Below, in pieces: positions 56,801-64,000 of a stretch of DNA of 64,000 bases (positions are counted from its first letter, which is position 1; the number at the start of each line of letters is the position of its first letter). A program made the position numbers and the translations under genes. Below the pieces are notes generated by a model. That model worked only from the letters and a program-made list of their open reading frames with translations, had not been told where the DNA came from and did not search any database. Source of the stretch: an uncultured Sandaracinaceae bacterium. Its GTDB lineage: Bacteria > Myxococcota_A > Polyangia > Polyangiales > Sandaracinaceae. The stretch covers positions 1,845 through 65,844 of the forward strand of contig CAYSCF010000004.1 in NCBI GenBank assembly GCA_964429305.1, given 5' to 3'.

Positions 56801-56874
56801 CGCGGCGCGCTTGGGAGCGCGCGCTCGAGATCACGCCCGGTTACCGCGATGCGCGTCGGCGCCTCGGACGCTGA
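53851..56874 (+). CDS. Large multidomain protein: two (receiver-like plus DUF4388-like) modules, Pro-rich region, TM helix, Pro/Thr repeats, C-terminal TPR
   Basis: Start uncertain (TTG 53851; ATG 53941 would cut the first module). PTVLVIGRGE...DLVLLVGD, RRIVIVEKSP...DVILVDVSG. TM LMIVGIAVLLAMLALGVAAAW. TPR tail. Confidence 0.7.
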   Translation: MAVVSPRVLKPSELALEDRPTVLVIGRGEAMLDAVALALDRHGVQLEIGDPLNPVQSVFVQAPDLVLLVGDAVVEEGRATLEKLAATVATAVIPVAILSDDAGLDHRLQAARLGAVAVVLRSASADAMAQRIAEVARELPERKGTEGATDLGEATLDEVVELFARRLRSGVLAVTASGGSERVVLRGDRPVTQAIEELVDRLRPLVTQSDTVRWEFQQSPTGKLAELTLDDEPSGELDLAKLFRDRRIVIVEKSPARADDLVVALRERGAHVVVIDGEGTGLAKARAIDPDVILVDVSGVGGWASQAMQLVRGDSRLRWAALLVTRGEELWRANTPEPDIARLGAGMLPLVEPDESLMQRVRDGQSSIDVRLETTGPTRLLRAVGRAGATVHATVRHRRATIEIDFAQGLIVGARGEVASELPGAPSSKVEGAAALAIWLGLASGRVRIERREAPSVANVMSPVDDAIAAADRETPLIKPSIPPPAGPPSLHPGASASNSARPSPSGETDARALVSQLETLLDKLRHTLPPGSLEVPSELAAKLAKDRKDATPVANAATAIPPPAKLPAPPPKPGMRKVTQMGMPVPPGILARPMPAPAPKRVPAPASVMPLAAQLEPDPPSAPAAPIPPSIGVPPSAVVTASVVALPPRAIAKGAIDDAHPLLAEPEPRPSSDPAAGMAGETDLAALLEGELVSSPPPGPETEPVVVAPPARVLEATDQIALPPPSSDDLDDSVALPGARSRGASLMIVGIAVLLAMLALGVAAAWRMGLFTRVEPVALPLPPTTTAPVTAVPPTSVAEIAPPPPTTTTIVTAVVPPTSAVELAAVPPTSLAEITPPPTTTVAEVAPPPTTTVAIAPPPSAIVEVAAPPPSTVVEDTEPEAEEDAEPSVALRPDDPQRLVDRANFRRTHGDLPGAEADYLHVIRVSPNNARAQAGLARLHLARHDARTASTWARRLAEGHSPNAGNYVLLGDTLQAAGDTAGARRAWERALEITPGYRDARRRLGR
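56191..56480 (+). repeat. In-frame degenerate tandem repeats encoding (PPPTTTVAEVA)-like units
   Basis: Translation: PLPPTTTAPVTAVPPTSVAEIAPPPPTTTTIVTAVVPPTSAVELAAVPPTSLAEITPPPTTTVAEVAPPPTTTVAIAPPPSAIVEVAAPPPSTVVE. Confidence 0.7.
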
Positions 56875-56882
56875 CGCAGCGA

Positions 56883-57551
56883 TCAGACGTCTTCGTCTTC
56901 GTCCGTCTCTTCGTTCTCGTCTTCGTCGCGCGTCGTCGGAACCCCGGCGCGCTCGGCCGAAGGAATGTTCGGTGCGTCGTCGTCCTTGGCGAACTCGACG
57001 CTGCCGCTCGAGATCTTGAACGGGCCGCCGACCTCGGCCTCCGCCTCGCCGTCGCGCTCGCCCTCTTCGTCCTCGCCCGTCGTGATGGCACGGACGGTGT
57101 CCTCGCCCATCTCTTCGGCGAGCGTGTCGGTGGTGGTCGAGCCTTCGATGAAGGCGCGCGGGTTCTCGTCCTCGTGCTGACGCGCGACCTGCTGAGCGGC
57201 CTTGCGCGCCATCTCCTTGGCCGCCATCGGCTTCTTCTCGACCGCGCTCATCTCGACGGAGTGCACCTTCTTCGGGGGCGCCTTCTTCGCGGGCGCAGCC
57301 TTCGGCGGCGCAGCCTTCTTCGCGATCGTCTTGGCGGGCGCGACCTTCTTCGCGGGCGCCTTCTTTGCGGGCGCGACTTTCTTCGCGGCCTTCTTCGGCG
57401 GCGCAGCCTTCTTCTTCGGCGCGATCTTCTTCGCAGCCTTCTTCGGCGCCGCCTTCTTCTTCGGCGATACGGCCTTCTTGGGCGCGGCCTTCTTGGCGGG
57501 CGCCTTCTTCTTGATCACGGGCTTGCGGGTGGATTTCTTCGGCTTGGCCAC
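56883..57551 (-). CDS. Histone H1-like Lys/Ala/Pro-rich protein with strongly acidic C-terminal half
   Basis: MAKPKKSTRKPVIKKKAPAKKAAPKKAV... (AKKA/PKKA repeats for about 95 aa), then an acidic tail ending TRDEDENEETDEDEDV. Confidence 0.75.
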   Translation of the reverse strand: MAKPKKSTRKPVIKKKAPAKKAAPKKAVSPKKKAAPKKAAKKIAPKKKAAPPKKAAKKVAPAKKAPAKKVAPAKTIAKKAAPPKAAPAKKAPPKKVHSVEMSAVEKKPMAAKEMARKAAQQVARQHEDENPRAFIEGSTTTDTLAEEMGEDTVRAITTGEDEEGERDGEAEAEVGGPFKISSGSVEFAKDDDAPNIPSAERAGVPTTRDEDENEETDEDEDV

Positions 57552-57585
57552 GGGCGGAGTCTACGTCCGTCGCACGCTTCGTGGG

Positions 57586-58794
57586 TCAATCTTTCTTCGA
57601 GGGCATGCCCGCGCGCGCGAGGATCCTCTTGGCGAGTGAGGCTTTGTGCACCTCATCGGGCCCATCGTAGATACGCGCCGCCCGCTCGTGCCGGTACCAC
57701 CAGGCCAGCGGCGTGTCGTCGGTCATCCCGAGCGCGCCGTGGGTCTGGATCGCGCGGTCGATCACGTCGTTGAGGATTTTCGCCACGAAGAACTTGATGG
57801 TCGAGATCGAGTCTCTCGCGGCGGCCGCGCCATCGCGATCGATACGCTCCGCGCAGTCGAGCACGCTCAAGCGCGCCGCATCGATCTCGGCACGGCTCTC
57901 GGCGATCCAGAACTGAACCTGCTGCTGCGTCCCGAGCGGCTTGCCCGGCGAGAGCTCGCGCGTCGCCGCGCGCTTCACCATCAGCTCGAAGCAGCGCTCC
58001 GCCACGCCGATCCAGCGCATCGCGTGATGGATGCGCCCCGGCCCGAGCCGCTCCTGCGCGAGCAAGAATCCCGCACCCTCCGGCCCGAGCCGGTTGCTCT
58101 GCGGCACGCGCACGCCGCGCAGCGCGATCTCTGCGTGGCTCGCCCAGTCTCCACCCGGCTCGCCCATGACCGAGATGTTGCGCACGAGCTCGAAGCCGGG
58201 CGTATTCGTCGGCACGAGGATCTGCGTCGCACGCGCATGCGGCGGTGCATCCGGATCCGTCACCGCCATGACGATGCAGACCTTCGAGCCCTCCGCGCCC
58301 GAGGTGAACCACTTGCGACCGTCGATGACGTAGTCGCTTCCCTCTTTGCGCGCGCGCGTGCTCAGCCACACCGGGTTGCTGCCCGCGTTCTCGGGCTCCG
58401 TCATCCCGAAGCAGCTGCGCATCTCGCCGCGCGAGAGCGGCCCGAGCCACTCCTTCTTCTGCTCGTCGGTCCCGAACTGGTGCAAGAGCTCCATGTTCCC
58501 GACGTCGGGCGCCTGGCAGTTCACGACGTAGTGCGCGACGGGCGAGCGACCGAGCGCCTCGCTCACGTATGCGTACTCGACGAGCGTCAGGCCGCGACCA
58601 CCGAGCGACTCGGGGAGAAACGGCGCCCACAGACCGCGTGCTTTCGCCTCGGCGCGCAGCTCGGCGAGCTTCGGAAGCATCTTCACGAAGCCGTCCGTGA
58701 CGAGCATCGGCTCGAGCGGAATCACCCGCTCGTCGAGGAACTTCTTCACGCCGTCGACGACGGCCTTGGCTCGATCGTTCGGTACGAATCCCAT
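57586..58794 (-). CDS. Acyl-CoA dehydrogenase (ACAD10/11-type)
   Basis: 402-aa ORF. MRSCFGMTEPENAGSNP, WFTSGA, and C-terminal IYDGPDEVHK are typical ACAD segments. Confidence 0.85.
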   Translation of the reverse strand: MGFVPNDRAKAVVDGVKKFLDERVIPLEPMLVTDGFVKMLPKLAELRAEAKARGLWAPFLPESLGGRGLTLVEYAYVSEALGRSPVAHYVVNCQAPDVGNMELLHQFGTDEQKKEWLGPLSRGEMRSCFGMTEPENAGSNPVWLSTRARKEGSDYVIDGRKWFTSGAEGSKVCIVMAVTDPDAPPHARATQILVPTNTPGFELVRNISVMGEPGGDWASHAEIALRGVRVPQSNRLGPEGAGFLLAQERLGPGRIHHAMRWIGVAERCFELMVKRAATRELSPGKPLGTQQQVQFWIAESRAEIDAARLSVLDCAERIDRDGAAAARDSISTIKFFVAKILNDVIDRAIQTHGALGMTDDTPLAWWYRHERAARIYDGPDEVHKASLAKRILARAGMPSKKD

Positions 58795-59081
58795 GCGCGC
58801 GAGCGTACCAGTTCCTGCGCGCCGCTCCGCTTCACGCGGCCCGGGGCCCGCCGGAGTCGCGAAGATCTCTTCGTCACGCTGATGAGCGACGGCCGGGGAT
58901 CACGCGGGAACCATGAAGCGAGCAGGGCGCGGAGCGCGGATCTCGAGACGCTCAGCGCATCTCTCGGCAGCTCTGAAGCCTCGGTGTCTGCCGAGAGTCG
59001 ACGCGCGTCCGCTCTCGACGCGCCTTGCGCGCCCTCCTTCCTTCCTGGGCTCCCGCGAAAAAAGAGCAGCTTGGAGAAGAG

Positions 59082-60152
59082 CTATCCCGCGTCGAGCGTC
59101 TGCCAGTTCCCCGTCGCGATCACGCGAGTCGCCGCGCGCGACAGACCCTTCACGCCCTCGATCATGAACGCGTAGCGCTGCTCCTTCGTCAGGCCGCGCA
59201 CGTACCGTTGGTAGAGCTGCTGCGCGACGACCGCGAGCTTGAAGAGCGCGAACGAGTAGTAGAAAGGCATGTTCGTCGCCGTGCGGCCGGTCTTCGCTTC
59301 CCAGCGGGCGACGAGCTGGGCGCGTGTCAGCGATCCCGGCAGGTCGGTCGGACCGAAGCGCGTCGCGCGCAGCATCATCGGGTCCTTCTCTTCGACCCAG
59401 TAGGACAGCGCGCAGCCGAGATCCATCAGGGGATCGCCGAGCGTCGACATCTCCCAGTCGAGCACCGCGACGACGCGCGAGAGATCTTCGGCGAGCACGA
59501 CGTTGTCGTACTTGAAGTCGTTGTGGATGAGCGTGCCGCCCGACTCGGTCGGTGTGTTCGCCGCGAGCCACGACGCGACCTCTTCCATCTCGGGGATCTC
59601 GTCCGTCTTCGCCTTCGCGTAGCGCTCGGTCCAGCCCTTCACCTGACGCGCGTTGTAGCCGGCGGGCTTGCCGAGATCGCTCAGGCCCGCGGCCGCGAGA
59701 TCGGTCGTGTGGATCTCGGCGAGCGTGTCGATCAGCGACTCGCTCAGCTGCTTCATGCGCTCGGGTGGCAGGGCGATTCCTTCCGGGAGCTTCGCGCGCA
59801 GGATCACGCCGTGGACGCGCTGCATCACGTAGAACGCGCCGCCGATCACGCTCTCGTCGTCGCAGAGCGCGATCACCTTCGGCACCTTCGGCCACACGTT
59901 CGAGAGGTGCGAGAGGATCTTGTGCTCGCGGCCCATGTCGTGCGCCGACGCGATCTTCACGCCCGGCGGCCCGCGGCGCAGCACCACCTCGCGATCACCC
60001 ACGCGCAGCAGATACGTGACGTTCGAATAGCCGCGCGGGAACTGCATCACCTCGACGCCGCCCGGCAAGCCGTGCGCGGCGAGCCAGGGCGCGAGCCGCG
60101 TCGTGTCGAGCTCCGCGCCCTCGCGCACCTTCTCCGGACGATCGAGCGTCAC
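59082..60152 (-). CDS. Phosphotransferase (APH/choline-kinase fold), ACAD10/11 N-terminal kinase-domain type
   Basis: GTG 60152 overlaps the upstream stop (GTGA). FPRGYSNVTYLLRVGDREVVLRRGPPGVKIASAHDMGREHKIL, FYVMQRVHG, IHNDFKYDNVV, VLDWEMSTLGDP. Confidence 0.8.
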   Translation of the reverse strand: MTLDRPEKVREGAELDTTRLAPWLAAHGLPGGVEVMQFPRGYSNVTYLLRVGDREVVLRRGPPGVKIASAHDMGREHKILSHLSNVWPKVPKVIALCDDESVIGGAFYVMQRVHGVILRAKLPEGIALPPERMKQLSESLIDTLAEIHTTDLAAAGLSDLGKPAGYNARQVKGWTERYAKAKTDEIPEMEEVASWLAANTPTESGGTLIHNDFKYDNVVLAEDLSRVVAVLDWEMSTLGDPLMDLGCALSYWVEEKDPMMLRATRFGPTDLPGSLTRAQLVARWEAKTGRTATNMPFYYSFALFKLAVVAQQLYQRYVRGLTKEQRYAFMIEGVKGLSRAATRVIATGNWQTLDAG

Positions 60153-61147
60153 CACACCACGTCCTGTTCTTCGGCGACGCCGATGACGTCCTTCAGCACG
60201 TGCGTCTTTCCCTCGGCACGCAGCGTTCCTTCGTAGCGGCCGATCGCCTGTTTGAAGGCCGATCGCACGACGCCGAGGTTCTTCTCCTCGGCGTGGATCG
60301 CGCGCGGCGTCAGCGTGAGATCGACCGACCCATCGGGCGTCGCGATCTTCCAGGGTGCCGTCGGTCGCGTCGTGTCGTAGTCGAACTTCGCTTCGGGCAC
60401 GCCGTAGAGCTCGCCGCCGGCCCAGAGCGCGCACTCGTGCTCGCGTGTCCAGCCTGCGACCACGTTGAGCGCGACCGGCACCCCCGCCTGATCGCGGCCC
60501 ATGAAGAACGCCCAGTTCCACTTCGTGTGGCGCGGCATGATCCCGTGCGAGAAGTCGTACCCGCCGAGCGCGCCGTCGAGCGAGACGCGCTTGCCCTTCA
60601 CCAATGCCGATCCGCGAACGGGCATCAGCACGCGCTTCTCGGTGACGTCGACGATGCCTTTCGCCAGCGGCGCGATCGCGGTGATCGGCTCGGGCGCTTC
60701 GCGCGTGTCGAGCGTCGCATGGATCTCGAGCGTGCTCGATCGCAGCGCCAGCTCGATCTGCGGGTCCTGATCGGCGTGCGTGATCCGGATCCCGAGCCGC
60801 GGATCGCGCAGGCGCGCGTCGATCCGGTGCGTACCCGTCTGCTTCACCCGCGAGAGCCGCGGCACGCCCACGACCGAGCTGTGCGCCACGATTCCGTCGT
60901 CCGGCGTGTAGGCGTACGCGAAGCCGTTCGACGCATAGCCCAGGTCGACCACGGCGAAGGCGAGCATCAGATCGTCCTTCACGATCGCGCCCCAGAGCCA
61001 GCGCTTCTCGGTCAGGACACGGCTCAGCCGATCAGGTGCGAGGGTGCTCAGGTCCGAGCGCCGGATCGTGCCGCGATAGCTGCCGTACGCAGGCGAGCCG
61101 GTGCGATGATCGACGACCGAGGTCGGCGGCGAAGACAAGGCGCGCAT
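60149..61147 (-). CDS. DUF2804-family protein
   Basis: 332-aa ORF with high GC3. KRWLWGAIVKDDLMLAFAVVDLGYASNGFAYAY and HTKWNWAFFMG segments. Translationally coupled to the kinase gene. Confidence 0.65.
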   Translation of the reverse strand: MRALSSPPTSVVDHRTGSPAYGSYRGTIRRSDLSTLAPDRLSRVLTEKRWLWGAIVKDDLMLAFAVVDLGYASNGFAYAYTPDDGIVAHSSVVGVPRLSRVKQTGTHRIDARLRDPRLGIRITHADQDPQIELALRSSTLEIHATLDTREAPEPITAIAPLAKGIVDVTEKRVLMPVRGSALVKGKRVSLDGALGGYDFSHGIMPRHTKWNWAFFMGRDQAGVPVALNVVAGWTREHECALWAGGELYGVPEAKFDYDTTRPTAPWKIATPDGSVDLTLTPRAIHAEEKNLGVVRSAFKQAIGRYEGTLRAEGKTHVLKDVIGVAEEQDVVW

Positions 61148-61206
61148 TCGCTGCCGAGGATAACCGTTCCACGAAGCGCGGGGCGGTCGCTGTATACTCG
61201 GCGCCG

Positions 61207-62331
61207 ATGACGATGACGGAAGGGACCGAGCCCGAACCCCCCCTCTTCGAGGTCGATGCCGCCTCGGAGAAGAACATCGGCTCGCGCAGCTACGACGAAG
61301 ACGGCGTGCTCGTGCGACCCGACCTCGGCCTCTTCGCCGTCGCCGATGGCGCAGGCGGCGAGAACGCAGGCAACGTGGCCTCGAGCATCGCGCTCGCCGG
61401 CATCGCGCGTCACTTCGAGACGACGCGGGAGGCGATGGCGATCGCGCCGGTCTTCGACGTGCTCGGCTTGCCGACGCTCGCGCGACGACTGAGCTCGGGC
61501 TTCCAGGCGGCCAACCGCGAAGTGCTCGACGTCGCCAAGAGCGGCAGCCGCTATCGCGGCATGGGCACGACGATGGTGGCGGTTCTGCCGGCGCCGCAGC
61601 ACGGCCTCGTGCACGTCGCGCACGTGGGCGACAGTCGCTGCTACCGCATGCGCCAGGGGCGGCTCGAGCTGCTCACGATGGATCACTCGCTCGCGAACGA
61701 GGTGCTCGAGCTGCGCCCGGACCTGCCCGAGGCCGACAGCGCGCGGCTGCCGCGCAACGTGATCACGCGCGCGCTCGGCATGAGCGAAGCGCTGCGCGTC
61801 ACGGTGCGTACGCTCGATCTCGCGCCGCTCGATCGCTTCGTGCTCTCGAGCGACGGCCTGACGGACGTGCTGAGCGACGACGAGATCGCCGAGGTGCTCT
61901 CGACGACGGTGCGCGCGGGCGAGACGGCCAAGGCGCTGCTCGCGCGTGCGCTCGCGGCGCCGGCCGACGACAACGTCGCGGTCGTCGTCGTGCGCGTCGA
62001 TGCGTACCAGGGCGTGAGCGCAGTGCCGAAGCGCCATGCGACGCGCCCGCCGCCGGCCCCGCGTCGCGCGAGCCGTCCGCCCCCGCGCTCGGACGATGAC
62101 GCCGAGATCATCATGGTCGACGAAGAGGCCGAAGGATCGGACCCGGAGATCGTGGTGGTTCCGGCGAACGCCGGCCGCAGCGAGCTTCTCTCGGCCGTGA
62201 AGGGTCGCTTCCCGCGCCCGCAGCCGAAGAGCGTCCTCGACAAGGGACGCTTGGTCGACGAGCCGACCACCGACGAGCGACGCGCGCTCGCAGCCGTGGA
62301 GGAAGACGAGGACGACGGTCGTGGCGACTAG
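61207..62331 (+). CDS. PP2C-family Ser/Thr protein phosphatase with C-terminal disordered tail
   Basis: ATG 61207. LFAVADGAGGENAGNVAS, GMGTTMVAV, HVGDSRCY, LSSDGLTDVL, DNVAVVVVRV. Confidence 0.85.
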   Translation: MTMTEGTEPEPPLFEVDAASEKNIGSRSYDEDGVLVRPDLGLFAVADGAGGENAGNVASSIALAGIARHFETTREAMAIAPVFDVLGLPTLARRLSSGFQAANREVLDVAKSGSRYRGMGTTMVAVLPAPQHGLVHVAHVGDSRCYRMRQGRLELLTMDHSLANEVLELRPDLPEADSARLPRNVITRALGMSEALRVTVRTLDLAPLDRFVLSSDGLTDVLSDDEIAEVLSTTVRAGETAKALLARALAAPADDNVAVVVVRVDAYQGVSAVPKRHATRPPPAPRRASRPPPRSDDDAEIIMVDEEAEGSDPEIVVVPANAGRSELLSAVKGRFPRPQPKSVLDKGRLVDEPTTDERRALAAVEEDEDDGRGD

Positions 62332-62536
62332 AGCCGGACGTCAGCCGCGCTGCCCGATTTGCCGCGGCGGCTTGCCGGAGAAAGAAGAGAGTCCGGAGCG
62401 CGGGCCGAGGTTCGCGCCACTGTGCTCTCTGCGATGCAAGCGCATCGACCTCGCGACGTGGCTCGGAGAGGGCTATCGGATCGCAGGTGACCCGGCCGAG
62501 CTGGACGACGACGAACAGTCGGGAGACGAACGATGA
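62321..62536 (+). CDS. yacG: DNA gyrase inhibitor YacG-like zinc-finger protein
   Basis: CPICRGG...FAPLCSLRCKRIDLATWLGEGYRI matches the YacG pattern CPxC...FCSxRCxxxDLxxW. GTG 62321 overlaps the PP2C end. Confidence 0.75.
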   Translation: MATRAGRQPRCPICRGGLPEKEESPERGPRFAPLCSLRCKRIDLATWLGEGYRIAGDPAELDDDEQSGDER

Positions 62537-63447
62537 AGAAGCTTCTGCGCGCGATGATCCTCACGATGTTGACGCTCGGTGCGAGCGCAGCGAGCGCGCA
62601 GACCGGGGACACGACCGAGAGCACGAGCACGACGACGGGGACGAGCGAGCCGACGACGACGACCACGAGCACGACGACGAGCGCGGACGAGCCGACGACG
62701 ACGACGACGCATACCGCGACGCACGTGGCCCCGACGAGCACGACGAGCTCCAGCGCGACGACGAGCCCGACCGCGACGACGACTGGCGCGCCTGCGGGCA
62801 CGGGCACCGCCGCAGCGCCGGCCGAGCCCGTGCACGAAGAAGAGCACGAAGGCGACGGACGCGATGTCGACTTCATCTGGATCGAGGCCTTCGGCGGCAT
62901 CGCGAACGTGAACCTGGTCGCGTTCGGCGGCACGGCGAGCGAGACCGATCCGAGCAGCGGAACGGAGGTGTTCCATCCGGTCAGCGGCACGGGGCCGATG
63001 TTCGGCGGCGCGCTCGGCTTCCGCGTGTGGTGGCTCGCGATCGGCGCGCGCACGACGTTCGCTTCGTACGATGCGTTCCAGATCGGAACGATCGGCGGCG
63101 AGGCGCAACTGCGTCTGCCGATTCCCGTCGTCGAGCCGTACATCCGCGCGGGCTTCGGCTACGCGTGGCAAGGCAATGCGACGTACTCGGTCTCGAGCGC
63201 GGGCGTGAGCGAGCAGCACGCGACCACCGTCTACGGCTGGGCGTTCAACGCGGCGGTCGGCTTCGACATCTTCCTGGTGAACTGGTTCACGATCGGCGCG
63301 GGCGTCGGTCTCGACGTGCTCAACATGGCGCGCCAGACGGATCCGCGCGCGGCGTGCATGGGCGTGACCGACTTCTGCCCCGGCCACGCCGGCGACGCGG
63401 TCGGCTACCAACTGAGCGGCTACGGCCAGATCGGCTTCCACATTTGA
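62533..63447 (+). CDS. Outer-membrane beta-barrel-like protein with Thr-rich N-terminal linker
   Basis: ATG 62533 overlaps the yacG stop (ATGA). Signal MKKLLRAMILTMLTLGASAASA. Alternating beta-strand pattern. C-terminal YGQIGFHI. Confidence 0.7.
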   Translation: MKKLLRAMILTMLTLGASAASAQTGDTTESTSTTTGTSEPTTTTTSTTTSADEPTTTTTHTATHVAPTSTTSSSATTSPTATTTGAPAGTGTAAAPAEPVHEEEHEGDGRDVDFIWIEAFGGIANVNLVAFGGTASETDPSSGTEVFHPVSGTGPMFGGALGFRVWWLAIGARTTFASYDAFQIGTIGGEAQLRLPIPVVEPYIRAGFGYAWQGNATYSVSSAGVSEQHATTVYGWAFNAAVGFDIFLVNWFTIGAGVGLDVLNMARQTDPRAACMGVTDFCPGHAGDAVGYQLSGYGQIGFHI

Positions 63448-63514
63448 TTTCGTAGCGGGCGTCCGTCGAATGCATCGCTTCGCTCGCCGCCAATGCTCGC
63501 GGACCCCAAGAAGA

Positions 63515-63543
63515 AAGCCCGGTCGCGCGAGGCAACCGGGCTT
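63515..63543. terminator. Bidirectional terminator hairpin between convergent genes
   Basis: AAGCCCGGT (63515-63523), loop cgcgcgaggca, ACCGGGCTT (63535-63543). Flanked by A-rich sequence on the left and TCTCC on the right. Confidence 0.5.
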
Positions 63544-63566
63544 CTCCATCCGACGTGCGTGTGAGC

Positions 63567-64000
63567 TCAGCGCTTGCGACGCCGCCGAGCGATCACGAGG
63601 CCGAGTGCAGCCAGGCCGATCATCGAGGCCATGCCGTCGCCGCGCGCGCCGACCGTCGTGCAGCCGCAGCCGCCCGCGTGCGTGCCGTGCGTCGTCGTGC
63701 CGCCGTCGTCGAGGGGAAGGATGGCACCGTCGGGTGCCGTGATCGTTCCGCTGTCGTGGCCCGGCAAGACCGCCGCGTCTTCTCCCGGCTGCACCGGTCC
63801 GGAGTCGGGATTCGTCGCGCACGTGTTCGCGCCCGGAATGCACACGGTGACCGAGCCCGCGTCGTAGCAAGTGTACGCATCGGGGCAGCTGCAGTCGTCG
63901 GCGCATGCACGCGTGCAGAAGCCCGTCGTCGCGCCGGGCGCGCCCACGCAGATACCGCCTGTCGCGCAGTCGGTCGGTTGCGTGCACGGATCGCCGAAGC
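63567..64000 (-). CDS. Cys-rich secreted protein with MYXO-CTERM tail (partial, N-terminus outside window)
   Basis: The frame stays open to the window edge. C-terminus HAGGCGCTTVGARGDGMASMIGLAALGLVIARRRRKR (GCGC motif, TM helix, Arg cluster). Confidence 0.75.
   Translation of the reverse strand, partial: FGDPCTQPTDCATGGICVGAPGATTGFCTRACADDCSCPDAYTCYDAGSVTVCIPGANTCATNPDSGPVQPGEDAAVLPGHDSGTITAPDGAILPLDDGGTTTHGTHAGGCGCTTVGARGDGMASMIGLAALGLVIARRRRKR

Overview
High-GC window (about 70 percent GC by eye, with strong GC3 bias in real genes). It is almost fully coding: about 50 CDS, and I found no rRNA, tRNA or CRISPR array. The gene content suggests a Myxococcota chromosome (Sorangiineae/Sandaracinus-like); this is inference, not a search result. 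The supporting content is Hanks-type Ser/Thr kinases plus a PP2C phosphatase, two MYXO-CTERM sorting tails, MopE-like Cys-rich repeats, and many PEGA, FG-GAP, TSP3 and TPR lipoproteins. Recognisable blocks: MDR-family oxidoreductase, crotonase, pirin plus FAD monooxygenase, argE-argA, a lytS/lytTR pair, a cpxRA-like two-component system divergent from an mdtABC plus TolC-like RND efflux operon, a MerR-controlled reductase/diiron-oxygenase operon, a mepA-like endopeptidase, an ACAD10/11-like kinase plus acyl-CoA dehydrogenase pair, and PP2C-yacG. Non-routine items: (1) two copies of a roughly 180-nt imperfect-palindromic intergenic element (REP/BIME- or MITE-like); (2) a frameshifted N-terminal remnant of a RayT/IS200-like Y1 transposase; (3) an orphan FliP/SctR export-gate gene with no other type III component nearby; (4) a single-gene fusion of a primase-polymerase-like domain to a HAD/NT5C-like phosphatase; (5) a textbook MerR-type promoter with a 19-nt spacer; (6) a signal-peptidase-I homologue in which both the catalytic Ser and Lys positions are Gly. 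I could not show a complete, clearly novel multi-gene system from sequence alone, so candidates are flagged with explicit tests. Many very long ORFs in the track are antisense or upstream read-through artefacts of high GC and were rejected.
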